The position numbers and the translations under genes were made by a program. A DNA stretch of 61,468 bases from the IMG/VR virus record IMGVR_UViG_3300012924_000002, positions 1-61,468 of that record. One strand, given 5' to 3'. Shown here in pieces: positions 27,294 through 37,077 of this stretch. The notes under the pieces are model-generated. The model saw only the letters and a list, made by a program, of their open reading frames with translations, had not been told where the DNA came from and ran no database searches. This DNA comes from a virus (lineage: Duplodnaviria; Caudoviricetes). The stretch's first letter is position 1; every line of letters begins with the position of its first letter.

Positions 27294-28472
27294 TCAAAAG
27301 AGCGGGTCGGGGGGTGGAGGCGGAGGCAAGTCCGGGGCCTCAGGTTCGGGTCGCTCTCCCGGCGGAATCCCAGGATCTCCAGTGAGCGCGTACCTCGGTG
27401 CGCGGCCACCCGTCGACACCACGTAGTCGAGACGGAGGAGATCCTGGCGGTGCCGGTGGAACGTCGACCGGGGACGGCCCGTCGCCTCGATCAGAACGTT
27501 CGGCGTCTGCCACTCCCGCCGGAAGTGCTCCCACCACTTGCGCGCCGTGAACATGACGTCCTCCTGCAGCGCCTGAACCAAGCTCCCCTGCCCCAGGTTC
27601 GAGGTTGCGATCAACACGGCAGACGACCCGTTACTGACCAACTGGAACTCGACGGCTGCCCACTCCGGTGCGTCTTTGTTCTTCACACAGGACAACGTGA
27701 CCAGGCCGTCGGACTTCTCGCACCGCATGATCGTGGTCAAGGCGCCGTCCAGGGTTGTCGCACCACGGCCACGCTCACCGCCAGCTCCGACGTGGTGCAC
27801 AAGCAGGGTGCACGCGTTGGAAGCCTTACGTAGACGCTCAGCCTGTTGCACGAAGGTGCCCATCTCCTTGTTCGAGTTCTCCTCGACACCGACGGTGACC
27901 CGGGCCTGGGTGTCGACGACGATCAGGGTGTAGCCGACCTCCCGCGCTGCACCGACCAGCGCGTCCCAGTGGGAGCCGTTCGTGGACTGCACCGGGAACG
28001 GCAGGAAGTCGACACCGATCATCGGCTTACCGTGCTTGCGCTCCCACGCCCGCACACGCTGTTTAACGCCCCTGACGCCCTCTGCAGCGATGTAGAGCAC
28101 CCGACCCTGCCGAACCGGGTGCCTATGCCACGCTGTGCCCGTACCGACGCAGCCAGCTAGGTCTAAGGCCACGAAGGATTTCCCTTCACCAGGCTTGCCG
28201 ACCAACCAGTTCAGGGTGTCTACGAACAGATGTTCGTCTCCGACGAGCGGGACAGGTTCGGGGATGGAGTCGAGTTGATCCGTGGTGAGCAGCGCCCCGC
28301 GTAGCCGTTTGATCAGGTCGGCCTTGTGGTCGGTGGTCCGCTCCTCCTCGGGCTGCTCACGGATGGCGCCCTCATCCAGCGGCGGCGGCGGCTCCACGAA
28401 GGGGTTCTCGTCGTCCTCTGGCGGTTCACGCCAGGCAGACGGGTCGTCGGGGTCGTACGGCAGGTCCGGCAT
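27294..28472 (-). CDS. RepA-like AAA helicase (AAA_25)
   Basis: GKPGEGKS Walker A, VLYIAAEG, IVVDTQAR Walker B, LLVHH, RG.T. Confidence 0.88.
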   Translation of the reverse strand: MPDLPYDPDDPSAWREPPEDDENPFVEPPPPLDEGAIREQPEEERTTDHKADLIKRLRGALLTTDQLDSIPEPVPLVGDEHLFVDTLNWLVGKPGEGKSFVALDLAGCVGTGTAWHRHPVRQGRVLYIAAEGVRGVKQRVRAWERKHGKPMIGVDFLPFPVQSTNGSHWDALVGAAREVGYTLIVVDTQARVTVGVEENSNKEMGTFVQQAERLRKASNACTLLVHHVGAGGERGRGATTLDGALTTIMRCEKSDGLVTLSCVKNKDAPEWAAVEFQLVSNGSSAVLIATSNLGQGSLVQALQEDVMFTARKWWEHFRREWQTPNVLIEATGRPRSTFHRHRQDLLRLDYVVSTGGRAPRYALTGDPGIPPGERPEPEAPDLPPPPPPDPLF

Positions 28473-28484
28473 GGTGACCCCCGA

Positions 28485-28676
28485 TCAGATGTTCGTGTCG
28501 GCCTTGACAGTGGTCGGCCGCGGGGGTTCGGTGAGCGTCAGCCCGTGCTCGGTGATGGAACGGACCCAGCCGAGTTCGACCAGGGTTTCGACAGCCTTCT
28601 CGACCTTCACCCGGTCCCACCGTCGGCGGTTGCCGGCCTGCATCGGGGCAAGGTCGCGGACCTGTGATGGCTTCAA
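28485..28676 (-). CDS. Small putative DNA-binding protein
   Basis: wHTH-like VEKAVETLVELGWVR; upstream of the helicase. Confidence 0.5.
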   Translation of the reverse strand: MKPSQVRDLAPMQAGNRRRWDRVKVEKAVETLVELGWVRSITEHGLTLTEPPRPTTVKADTNI

Positions 28677-28766
28677 AATGACCCCCCTGAAAGTGGCAGC
28701 CCACCCACGCTATCACGCAAAGCGATCAAGCAGTAGATGGGCTGCTCAGGCGGGTTGTTTAGTCGC

Positions 28767-29636
28767 CTATTCCGGATCGTCCGGGCTGTCCCTGAACTCC
28801 GGGATCAGGCCCTTCGTGCCGTCGGCGTCGGCGTTCTCCTGCATGACGTCTTCCGCACGGCGGATGCCGTGGCCTTCGGGGTCTTCGTCTTCGTCCGGGT
28901 CCACGCCCTCGTTCGCGTCTGCGTCCTCCTCGGCCTGATCCGGATCGGTCAGACCTTCGCCGCCCATGGCCCGCAGATTCGCGTCAACGATCGCGACCGA
29001 TTCCTCCTCGGTTTCGGCCGGCTCCTCCGAGTCGCCGAGAATGTCGACCAGGTCGACACGACGCCACATCCGCGACTCCGGGTCATGGTCGGGCCAGGCC
29101 CTGTCGGCGGGGTCCTTCGCGTGTTCGGCCTCGTGTGCCCGCTCGACGTCGGCGGTGGTGGCCTCGTCGTCAGTGACGATGTGGGCGTCGAAGTCGTGCA
29201 CCGCGACGAGGTGGCGTCGGAGCCGGCCGCCGTCGTCGAGTTCTGCGTCGATCGTCTTCTCCTCGTCATCCTGAAGCTGGATGCCGACGGTCACGCCTTT
29301 GTCGCCGGTCCCACCGAACGCGCGGTCCAGGATGTCTTTCTCCTCGAACGGGAGCATGGTGCCTTCCCCGCGCCGTTCCGCGACCTGTTCGAGGATCATC
29401 TTCTGGGCTTTGCGGGCACGTTCGATCGAGGTGATCGCTTCCAGTCGGCGGACGCGAACGACCGCGATATGGGTTCCCGACTCCGGGTCCAGCTTCACCT
29501 CTTTGACGTCGATTACGCCCATGACGGGGACCATCCGGGACTTGTTCCCGGCGATGATCTCTTCGACGATCTCCTGCACGACCTCTTCGATTCCCCAGCC
29601 GTCACCCTTGGGGACTTCTGCGCTGAACTTGCTCAC
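28767..29636 (-). CDS. Acidic hypothetical protein
   Basis: GTGA overlap with the MazG stop. Confidence 0.65.
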   Translation of the reverse strand: MSKFSAEVPKGDGWGIEEVVQEIVEEIIAGNKSRMVPVMGVIDVKEVKLDPESGTHIAVVRVRRLEAITSIERARKAQKMILEQVAERRGEGTMLPFEEKDILDRAFGGTGDKGVTVGIQLQDDEEKTIDAELDDGGRLRRHLVAVHDFDAHIVTDDEATTADVERAHEAEHAKDPADRAWPDHDPESRMWRRVDLVDILGDSEEPAETEEESVAIVDANLRAMGGEGLTDPDQAEEDADANEGVDPDEDEDPEGHGIRRAEDVMQENADADGTKGLIPEFRDSPDDPE

Positions 29637-30232
29637 TGTGCGGGGCCTTCCTGATGGGGGGTAACCGGCGTCGATGTGGCGCCGGTGAGCACGCGTCCAC
29701 CGTGCTGCCACGGCCGCGTGACGTTGTAGGCCATCTTCCGTTCGACTTCCTGGGTGAGGTTGATCCCCCAGCGCTGCGCGAAGGTTTGCAGGGCACGCAG
29801 GAGTGCCACCATGGCGTGTTCCTGCTGCGCGCGTCCGTGCAGTGCGGCTGACCAGAGGCGACCGACCCGGTAGCCGAGCCACGCCACCCAGTCGCCGAAG
29901 CTGACCACTCCGGGTGGGGAGTACAGGATTCCGACGTCTTCGAGGGTGACGTCGGGGTTGGTGATGAACAGGCCGAATGCGTCGGCGGTGTTGAGTAGCC
30001 GGATGACACAGTCGGCGACCTCGGAGGCCACGTCGTCGGGTTTGCCGGTCGCGGTCGTGTAGGCAGCCATCCGCCGGTCTCGGTACGCTTCCAAGATCTC
30101 GCCCACTTCGGTGAGCAGCAGGGCCACGTAGTCACCCCATGTGTTGTCTCCAGGCCCACCTTCGGCCGGCATGAAACCTTTCTGAACGCAGTTGGCGTGA
30201 ATGGCCTTTGTCAATTCCTCAATGGTGGGCAT
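29633..30232 (-). CDS. MazG-like nucleotide pyrophosphohydrolase
   Basis: LLLTEVGEILEAYR...SEVADCVIRLL...KMAYN.TRP.QHG. Confidence 0.85.
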   Translation of the reverse strand: MPTIEELTKAIHANCVQKGFMPAEGGPGDNTWGDYVALLLTEVGEILEAYRDRRMAAYTTATGKPDDVASEVADCVIRLLNTADAFGLFITNPDVTLEDVGILYSPPGVVSFGDWVAWLGYRVGRLWSAALHGRAQQEHAMVALLRALQTFAQRWGINLTQEVERKMAYNVTRPWQHGGRVLTGATSTPVTPHQEGPAQ

Positions 30233-30251
30233 GTGCGGTATTCCTCTCGGG

Positions 30252-30467
30252 TCAGGCGTCGCGACGCCAGAATGTCACAGCCGCGCCCAATGCGGCCGCT
30301 CTATCGGGATGCGTCAATGCTAATTTCGCAGTGGATTCGACGGCCATTCGCATTTCAGAGGGTAGCTGAAACCAGTGCTGCGGGCAGGCGAGGAGCCTAT
30401 TCGGAACCACTTTCGGGCACGGATACGCGGGGCAGGTGTGCGTCGCGCGTGGGTTGTTGGGCCGCAA
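30252..30467 (-). CDS. Small Zn-finger protein
   Basis: HTCP..PC...LLACPQHW..LP. Confidence 0.6.
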   Translation of the reverse strand: MRPNNPRATHTCPAYPCPKVVPNRLLACPQHWFQLPSEMRMAVESTAKLALTHPDRAAALGAAVTFWRRDA

Positions 30468-30485
30468 GGCGAGTCCTTTCTGGGC

Positions 30486-30683
30486 TCAGAACAGCGCGTC
30501 TGGCTGCTCTATCATATTCCACACCCTGGAGGTGTATTTACGTACCATCTCGTATGCGTCGTCCCAATGATCGTCACAGTGGTAGATCTTCCCGGTTGCG
30601 GGTGTCGCGCCACCGGTCGCGGAGACTTCGCCGGTGGCGAGGTGTGCGCAGAACCGGCAGGTGAGTGCCCGCTGTATCGTCAA
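30486..30683 (-). CDS. Small Zn-finger protein
   Basis: TTGA overlap; CRFC...CDDH. Confidence 0.55.
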   Translation of the reverse strand: MTIQRALTCRFCAHLATGEVSATGGATPATGKIYHCDDHWDDAYEMVRKYTSRVWNMIEQPDALF

Positions 30684-31231
30684 CCGTTCCGGCCTCGCGT
30701 GCGCGTACTGTGCGGGCGCGCCGCGAGGTCGGGCCACTTCAGCTTGACCAGCAGCTCCCGGGCCAGTTCCTGCTTCACGCCGATACTCTGCCCGCTGTAG
30801 TGGTGCATGCCGGCCGCCCAGCACCAGAACGCGTCAGCCTCGTCGCCGTTGCGGGGCCGGTAGTCGACGTCGAGCGCGGCGTCGACCATCGCCTGCTTAT
30901 CGGCCCGCCCACCACCGGTCCCGTATTTCTTCAGTGTCTGCGCGCCGATGTACATCAGCGGGATGCCATGTCCGGCCAGCAGCTCCCGGGCTACGCCGTG
31001 GACCAGCCCGAGCCGGACCAGGGTGATGGTGCCGCCGCGCATCGACGGCGGTACCTCCTCGGCTACCGCCACGTCGGGTTTGGAAAGGTCGATGTAGTAG
31101 GTCAGTGCCCGCCTGAAGTGGACTAGCCGGTTGTCGCCGGCGCCCTTCGGCTCGATCGTGGTCATCTGCCCGGACGGCAGGCAGATACCGGTCTTCACGA
31201 TCGAGAGGTCCAGCCCCACCACCCGGGTCAC
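30680..31231 (-). CDS. ruvC: RuvC-like Holliday junction resolvase
   Basis: VVGLDLS..TG, VAEE, LKKYGTG.G.ADK..M, DEADA. Confidence 0.88.
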   Translation of the reverse strand: MTRVVGLDLSIVKTGICLPSGQMTTIEPKGAGDNRLVHFRRALTYYIDLSKPDVAVAEEVPPSMRGGTITLVRLGLVHGVARELLAGHGIPLMYIGAQTLKKYGTGGGRADKQAMVDAALDVDYRPRNGDEADAFWCWAAGMHHYSGQSIGVKQELARELLVKLKWPDLAARPHSTRTRGRNG

Positions 31232-31458
31232 TTGGCGCCGTCGAGGAGGTCGGCCCGGCGGTTCAGATACCAGGCGGCTTTGCGCAGATCGACGCTGGTG
31301 TCCGCACCCGGCTTCGACCCAGCCCGGACGATGTACTTCAGTGCGTTGCCCGTGTGGAAGTCCATCTTCATCGCCTCGATCAGATCGATGGCGTCGTACT
31401 GTTTGCCGTCCAGCTCCAGCCGGTAGTGCGCCGGGTGGTCAACCTCTTCACCGTTCAC
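31228..31458 (-). CDS. DUF3310-family protein
   Basis: VDHPAHY...F.TGNALKYIVRAG.K...DLRKAAWYL. Confidence 0.88.
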   Translation of the reverse strand: MNGEEVDHPAHYRLELDGKQYDAIDLIEAMKMDFHTGNALKYIVRAGSKPGADTSVDLRKAAWYLNRRADLLDGAK

Positions 31459-31628
31459 CGGTCCCGCCGGCCCTTCATGTCGTCGCGTTCGATGTCGACC
31501 ACATCAGGTGCGTCGATGGCCAGGCGCACCTGATGTCCGACCTGTATCTTCATGACGGTTATGGTGATGGCTCCGTCGCTGGTGCGCAGGATCAGCGACT
31601 CACCCTCGCCGCGGCTAAGCGCCAGCAT
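31455..31628 (-). CDS. csrA: CsrA/RsmA-family translational regulator, 57 aa (not in ORF track)
   Basis: MLALSRGEGESLILRTSDGAITITVMKIQVGHQVRLAIDAPDVVDIERDDMKGRRDR fits the CsrA pattern ML.L.R..GES..I...I.V.V......VR.GI.AP..V...R.E; AAGGGG RBS; coupled to both neighbours. Confidence 0.85.
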   Translation of the reverse strand: MLALSRGEGESLILRTSDGAITITVMKIQVGHQVRLAIDAPDVVDIERDDMKGRRDR

Positions 31629-32526
31629 TGCTGTCCCCTTCCGCTGGCCGGGTCTCTTCGATTTCCGCTGTGGTCACATCGATGACCCGCTGAACCTCGG
31701 CCCTGGTCATCTCGTTCGAGCTGGTGATTTCACGGCCGACAATGTCGCTGATACCGGCCAGTCGCTGCTCGCGGGTCGGCTGGAAGTTGTCGAGCTGCGC
31801 CACTTCGGCAAGTTTGCCGAACATGTGGTTCAGCATCGGCCTCGGCGGTACATCACCCTGCCCGGTGGCGGGGTCCCCGCCCGGCAGCGACTCGGCCGCT
31901 GCCGGGGTCGCCTGCCGGTTGGAGCGGGCCGCTGCGGGCTTGCGCGCGGCGCCGCGGTTGACTTGCGCGCGGACGCCGGCAGGCTCCTGCCCGTCGGAGA
32001 TCATCGTGGCCATGGCATCGTCGTCCTCTTCCGCAGCGATCCCGAGTAGCGCGGCCAGGATGTACCGGCGTAGGTAGGTGAGTCGCCCACCGAGGGTTTG
32101 AATGTTCTCGGCCCCGGCGATGGGCCATTCCCCGTCGAGGGTTTCGCCGGACTCGTGTCGCAGGCTGTACCGGATCGACAGTCCTTTGCCGTCGGATGCG
32201 GCTCCGGGCAGGCATGCGAACGACAACCTGTTGGCTCCGAGGATCGGTAGGGCCAGGTTCGAGATGCTGGCCAGGGTGGCATAGCTGTAGCTGTATGGCT
32301 CTTTGGCGGCGTCCTTCGGGACCACGGTGACTCGGCGGTCGCGTTTGATCTCGGCCCGACCGATCTCGATCTGCGCTTTCGCGAGGGCGGCGTTCAGCTC
32401 GGGGGTGACACCGCGGGCGACCCGTTCTCCGACCGCCACCCTTTCCACGAGGGCCTCTCTGCGCCGCTCGTATGCCTTGATCAGGTCTTCCCCGGTCAGG
32501 AACTCCTGGGGCTGTGGTGTGCTCAC
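31615..32526 (-). CDS. ERF-family ssDNA annealing protein
   Basis: YSYATL, LRHESGE, Q.LG..LTYLRRY.L..LLGIA.EEDDD. Confidence 0.88.
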   Translation of the reverse strand: MSTPQPQEFLTGEDLIKAYERRREALVERVAVGERVARGVTPELNAALAKAQIEIGRAEIKRDRRVTVVPKDAAKEPYSYSYATLASISNLALPILGANRLSFACLPGAASDGKGLSIRYSLRHESGETLDGEWPIAGAENIQTLGGRLTYLRRYILAALLGIAAEEDDDAMATMISDGQEPAGVRAQVNRGAARKPAAARSNRQATPAAAESLPGGDPATGQGDVPPRPMLNHMFGKLAEVAQLDNFQPTREQRLAGISDIVGREITSSNEMTRAEVQRVIDVTTAEIEETRPAEGDSNAGA

Positions 32527-33356
32527 AGGTCATCTACCTTCGTGATCGCGTAGCGGGCGGTGCGGGGCGGGATCAGCGGGTCGCCGCGCAGGAACTTCGA
32601 GTCCTCCACGATCCGGGCGACTTCCTTGATGAACAGGAAGTCCCGGTACACGTCCGGCCCCGTCTCCAGCGGGATCGCGCTGTACCCGTCGGCGGTCAGG
32701 TGCACTGCGATCGTCAGTTCGACGTGCGGCATCTCGATCTCGGAGCCGTCGGGTAGCACCAGCCAGCGGGAATGCCGGTACGGCCCGAGCTGGTAGGCGC
32801 TCTCCCCGTACACCCCGGACGCCGAAGTCTTCCAGTCGATGATCGCCGGGAAGCGGCCCTCGGCGTCGGGGGTGTAGATCCCGTACTCGGATAGGTCGGG
32901 CAGCAGGATCGAGCCGATCGCGTCGAGCTTGCCGGCGTGGTCGTGTTCGTCGGCGGAGTGCACGACCGCCTCCGTGTACCACGCCTGAAAGTCGAACTCT
33001 TCGATGAACGTCGCCGCGGACCGGACGTAGCCGATCAGCTCGGGAGGGACGTCCACGGTCTCTTCCGCGAGGAGCCTGTCAGCGAACTTGTGGATGGTCG
33101 AACCCTTGGCGCCGGCCTTGTTCAGCTTGCGGTAGGGGGCCTTACGGATCTCGTTGTAGCGCTCGACGGGGGGCAGCTTCGCAAGCTCATCCCAGTGGTC
33201 GACGGCATACCCGGCGGCCTCCTCGGCGTGCCACTTCATCAGGCCCGGCTTCGGCAGGCCGGCACCCTGGACGGTGGTCACCCCGGGGACTTTCTCCCCC
33301 GTCTCCACCCGGCGGTACGAATGCCCGCGGCCGTGGTTGCGGATCTCTATTGCCAC
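32523..33356 (-). CDS. PD-(D/E)XK exonuclease
   Basis: PGVTTV, KGSTIH, TE..V, AGKLD, IIDWKTS, QL..Y. Confidence 0.85.
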   Translation of the reverse strand: MAIEIRNHGRGHSYRRVETGEKVPGVTTVQGAGLPKPGLMKWHAEEAAGYAVDHWDELAKLPPVERYNEIRKAPYRKLNKAGAKGSTIHKFADRLLAEETVDVPPELIGYVRSAATFIEEFDFQAWYTEAVVHSADEHDHAGKLDAIGSILLPDLSEYGIYTPDAEGRFPAIIDWKTSASGVYGESAYQLGPYRHSRWLVLPDGSEIEMPHVELTIAVHLTADGYSAIPLETGPDVYRDFLFIKEVARIVEDSKFLRGDPLIPPRTARYAITKVDDL

Positions 33357-33422
33357 GAAGTGCCTCCTCCATGAGACAGGCCCGGCCGCGGAAGGTCCCA
33401 CGGCCGGGCGGGCAGGAACATC

Positions 33423-34007
33423 TCAGATGATGAAACGGGGGTCGGACACTGCCGCTGTGGTGTTGCCACCATCCGTGTCGACACGCTCGTATTGGTCGCC
33501 CGGCCAGTCCGCCGGCAGGGTTTCCCGCAACATGCGCAGGATGCCCAATATGGTGCGGATCAGCTCGCCGCGGTGTTCCTGGCAGAGGATCTGGTCGTCG
33601 TCGTCGAGCTGCTTGTCGTTGCGTAGGTCCGCCCACATGGCGTCCTCGGCCGCCCGGAGAAGGGTCGCCGCGGTACTCGCCTCGACGTGGCTCGCCCGGC
33701 TGAGGCAGGTCGTCCGAGGCCGCCCGGCGGTGACCGCATCCCCTTCCAGCATGATCGCTTCGGTGTCCAGCGCGACCAGCACGGCAGGTCCACAGATCGG
33801 CACCGGACTCCGGGACACCACCGTTGCGAGGTAGCTTGCCGGGACGTTCAGCGGCATCGGACGGCTGTCCTCCCGGACGTACACCCCGAAGTTTCGGCTC
33901 AATCCGACCCGGACGGCTACACCGCCCAGCAGGTCGGACATGTAGCCGTCGGACGCTTTGGCGTCCACGATGCGGGGCCATGCATTGTCCGGCAGATGTA
34001 AGAACAT
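33423..34007 (-). CDS. Hypothetical protein
   Basis: GAAAGG RBS; N..AS...PICGPAVL motif. Confidence 0.6.
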   Translation of the reverse strand: MFLHLPDNAWPRIVDAKASDGYMSDLLGGVAVRVGLSRNFGVYVREDSRPMPLNVPASYLATVVSRSPVPICGPAVLVALDTEAIMLEGDAVTAGRPRTTCLSRASHVEASTAATLLRAAEDAMWADLRNDKQLDDDDQILCQEHRGELIRTILGILRMLRETLPADWPGDQYERVDTDGGNTTAAVSDPRFII

Positions 34008-34011
34008 GGGG

Positions 34012-34320
34012 TCAGAACCTTTCCTGATAGGACTCGATGAGCGCCTGAGCGGTCGCCCGAGCGCGGTCGTAGCGGGCCTCGGCCTGCACGAGTTCATGGT
34101 TCATGGGCAGGTTGAAGGCACCATCGGCCAGGGTCATTTGCTCAATGACACGTGTCAGGTGGTGTGCCGACGCGACCCATTCGAGCATCTCTTCGGGGTG
34201 CGCACTGATCAGGTGGCGTAGGCGCAACTTCGCCGTCTCGGTGGGTTCCATCAGGCTGAACCCGCTGTCCTTAGCGAAGTTGTGGCCACCGGAGAGGTAT
34301 GGACGATTCACGTCGCTCAC
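34012..34320 (-). CDS. Hypothetical protein
   Basis: GTGA overlap with the Toprim gene. Confidence 0.6.
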   Translation of the reverse strand: MSDVNRPYLSGGHNFAKDSGFSLMEPTETAKLRLRHLISAHPEEMLEWVASAHHLTRVIEQMTLADGAFNLPMNHELVQAEARYDRARATAQALIESYQERF

Positions 34321-35276
34321 CCCTCGCCGAAGCGTTCGTCGGCGTAGCTTGCGATCTCGGCCCAGTTGTCGGAGACGCGCCGCAGCTGCTGGCGCTCCCC
34401 GGCCTCTCGGGCAACCCACTCCTCGTACAGGTCCCGGTCGAGGTGTTCTTCGATCTTGCCGCGCACCAGTTCGGCCAGCGCATCCGGCGGCAACGCGTCC
34501 AACTCCCACGACTCGTAGCCGTGCTCCTCCGCGTAGCTTTGCGCCCGGCTGTCGCTCATCTTCGCCGGATTCGGGGGCGGGTTGTACTCGTCGATCTGGT
34601 CGCGGTTCAGGGCGATCCGTTCGAAGCTCAGCCGCCGCTCAGCCAATATGCCGTGATCCTCGGCGATGATCGTCCGGAGGCGATCCTCGTTGTCCCGCGA
34701 CATGTCGATGCCCGACGGGTCATGGTCACCCAAGTGCAGCACGGTGACCCGGGTGCCGTCCGAGACGATCCAGCCGAGCCGACGGGCGGCCCTCCACAGA
34801 GCTGAGGAGGACATGTAGCCACGACACGCCATGTATGGCGTGTCCAGGCCCTCCGCGACCCCGCCGATGACGCCGGCGAGGGCCTCCTTCTCCACCCACA
34901 CGGCTACCCGCTCGGGCTGCTCCTGCCATTTGTCCACGGAGTAGCTGGCGCGAGCACTGTTGATAATGTCGCCGGGGGTCTCCCAGTGGGGGCTGATGTG
35001 CTCACCGCGAGTCCGGTCCTCGATGTGGAACCAGTCGATCAGTCCGCACATCCGGGCCTTGTCGACGATCGACCCGAGCCGCTTATACGAGCGTTCAGTG
35101 TTGTGTCCGGTCGGCCAGTCCGCGGTGAGGCCGCGGGCGACGAACTGGTAGTAGAGCTGGCGCAGGGTCAGGCTGTAGCCAGCCGTGGAGTACTCCCGCG
35201 CAATGGTCGCCGCTTGCTCCGCCACGGCCAGCTGGGCTGGCCGCATCGTGTTCGGCTCGTACTGGATCTTCGGCAC
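34317..35276 (-). CDS. Topo VI-A/Spo11-like Toprim protein
   Basis: TLRQLYYQ, VWVEKEAL, RGY.S.S, LGDHDPSG.DM, RIAL, WELDAL. Confidence 0.8.
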   Translation of the reverse strand: MPKIQYEPNTMRPAQLAVAEQAATIAREYSTAGYSLTLRQLYYQFVARGLTADWPTGHNTERSYKRLGSIVDKARMCGLIDWFHIEDRTRGEHISPHWETPGDIINSARASYSVDKWQEQPERVAVWVEKEALAGVIGGVAEGLDTPYMACRGYMSSSALWRAARRLGWIVSDGTRVTVLHLGDHDPSGIDMSRDNEDRLRTIIAEDHGILAERRLSFERIALNRDQIDEYNPPPNPAKMSDSRAQSYAEEHGYESWELDALPPDALAELVRGKIEEHLDRDLYEEWVAREAGERQQLRRVSDNWAEIASYADERFGEG

Positions 35277-35645
35277 GTTGTTTCGCTCCTATCCTTGGGT
35301 GCTGTGTGCCTTTCGAGGCCCCTACTTCGGGTCGCTGATTTTGACCTGCCTGCTAGCGCGTACCCGGCGTCGTTCCTTCGCGACAGCCAGCCGTTCCGGC
35401 GACCCCTGCTGCTGCGCCCGCTGGCGCTGTGCGCGTCCGGCGCCGGCAACCGCATCCGTCGTGATACGTGGACTCCACCACATGGCGAGAACCTTTCGGG
35501 GGGTTAGAAGAGTTGGGCGGCCGGGACAGCGCGTCGGGAAAACCTTGACCGGCCGCTGGCCGGCCGCCCCGCCGGTTTAGCACCCGGTCCGGCTCCCGGT
35601 TGAGATCCCCCGGTCATCCGACCAAGAGGGGCCGGGGGTCGTGCG

Positions 35646-35718
35646 TGGACCGGGCGGGGATCGAACCCGCGAGTGAAGGTCTGAAGAAGACCCAACGGGG
35701 GCGCCAGCCCCCCAGCCC
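35646..35718 (-). ncRNA. 73-nt tRNA-like cloverleaf with non-canonical D and anticodon arms
   Basis: GGGCTGG/CCGGTCC-A acceptor; GCGGG-TTCGATC-CCCGC T arm; 5-nt loop in the anticodon-position arm; no CCA. Confidence 0.65.
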
Positions 35719-35771
35719 TAGTGCTTCCCGTTTCGCGGAGACCGGCCGGGAAGCGAACGCCGGATCGCAGA

Positions 35772-35810
35772 CCACCCGGGCGGTAAGCAGTTAGAAACCC
35801 GCCCGGGTGG
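35772..35810 (-). terminator. 12-bp GC hairpin after the DUF932-like gene
   Basis: CCACCCGGGCGG / CCGCCCGGGTGG. Confidence 0.55.
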
Positions 35811-35817
35811 ACCCCCG

Positions 35818-37029
35818 CTAAACCAGGTCGAGAACCTTGACGGCTGCCGCCTCCAGTGCGTCAGCGCGTTCCGCGCTCGCGACGGTCTGCGCTACGGAGG
35901 TGACCGCGTTCAGCACGCCACCGGAGGTGTGCTGACCGCCGAGAAGGAAGTGTGACCAGATGTCCTCGCGCTCCTTCTCGGTGAAGTTCAGCGCCTTACC
36001 AACCCGCTCGATCGTGGCCGCCCCGTCGGTGATGGTCCGGCCGGCCTTCGCGGCGAGCTTGCCGACCTGCTCCTGCCAGTACTGCGGCGACAGGAACTGG
36101 CCGACAGCGTCCTTCGTCTTCGCCTTGATCAGTGCGCGTTGGGCCTGCTGGGTTTCGTCGGACCAGTTGATCGTCCCCTGCTCCAGCCGACCGCCAAGGT
36201 GCACCTGACCGATGGCGTCGGACTCGATCGCCAGCCCGTTGAAGCACACCCGGAATTTGGCGTAGGGGACAATCTTGAACATGCCGTCGCCGACCTCGGA
36301 GTTCTTCAGCTTGAACCCGGCCCACAGGGTCTCGCCGTCACCGCCGTAGCGGCTCATCATGTCGGCGACCCGGTCAAAGTTCTCGAACATGCCGGCCCGG
36401 GTGACGCCCGGGGAGTTGAACGGGGAACGGTACTGCTCCAGTAGCGCCTTCGCGGACACGGCAACCTGGGGTGCCATGAAGTTGACGAACATGTGGCGGT
36501 CGGACAGGTCCGCCGACGAGACCGTGACCTTGCCCTCCAGTCCGGGCACCCCGGACATGCCTTCCAGTGCGGCAGTCAGCACGTCGTAGTTGTCCATGAC
36601 CCGGTACTTCGAGGACAGCAGTGCCCGCGCGGTCGGGGCCGCGCCGTCGGCCTCCGCGTACCCACGGAACAGGAAGCTGCGGGCGTCCGCCGGGTAGCCC
36701 GCGCTGAAGCCGTCGGGGCTGCGGCCGTGCCACAGACCGTTGACCATGTCAGCGGCAACGTCGGGCCGTTCGGCGAACATGCGCCGCGCGAACGGGATGC
36801 CGATCTTCAGCGCGTTGGCGACCTGCTCGATGAATACGTCGTTCGGCTCGAACGCCCGGGTCAGCGTGTCGGTGCTGCCGGGGATCTGCTCCGTGACTTC
36901 GATCAGGCCCTTGCCGGTGACGTGCAGGTCGGTGGCCAGTCGCACGATGTCAACCTTGCGGGCTTCCAGCTCGGAGAGCGTTTCGCGGAGCTGGGAGAAG
37001 CTGATGTTGCGCTCAGAAAGCGACTGCAT
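35818..37029 (-). CDS. DUF932/DUF945-like mobile-element protein
   Basis: RALLSSKY..MDN.D, GF.L.NSEVG.G, R.CFNG, H.G. Confidence 0.7.
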   Translation of the reverse strand: MQSLSERNISFSQLRETLSELEARKVDIVRLATDLHVTGKGLIEVTEQIPGSTDTLTRAFEPNDVFIEQVANALKIGIPFARRMFAERPDVAADMVNGLWHGRSPDGFSAGYPADARSFLFRGYAEADGAAPTARALLSSKYRVMDNYDVLTAALEGMSGVPGLEGKVTVSSADLSDRHMFVNFMAPQVAVSAKALLEQYRSPFNSPGVTRAGMFENFDRVADMMSRYGGDGETLWAGFKLKNSEVGDGMFKIVPYAKFRVCFNGLAIESDAIGQVHLGGRLEQGTINWSDETQQAQRALIKAKTKDAVGQFLSPQYWQEQVGKLAAKAGRTITDGAATIERVGKALNFTEKEREDIWSHFLLGGQHTSGGVLNAVTSVAQTVASAERADALEAAAVKVLDLV

Positions 37030-37077
37030 GGGGGCGATCCCTCCTGGATCTTTGCGGCAGTAAACCCTACCGCCTAG

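Noticed and set aside
35646-35718. Canonical tRNA call
   Set aside because: No 7-nt anticodon loop, no D-loop consensus and no CCA; reported as tRNA-like instead.
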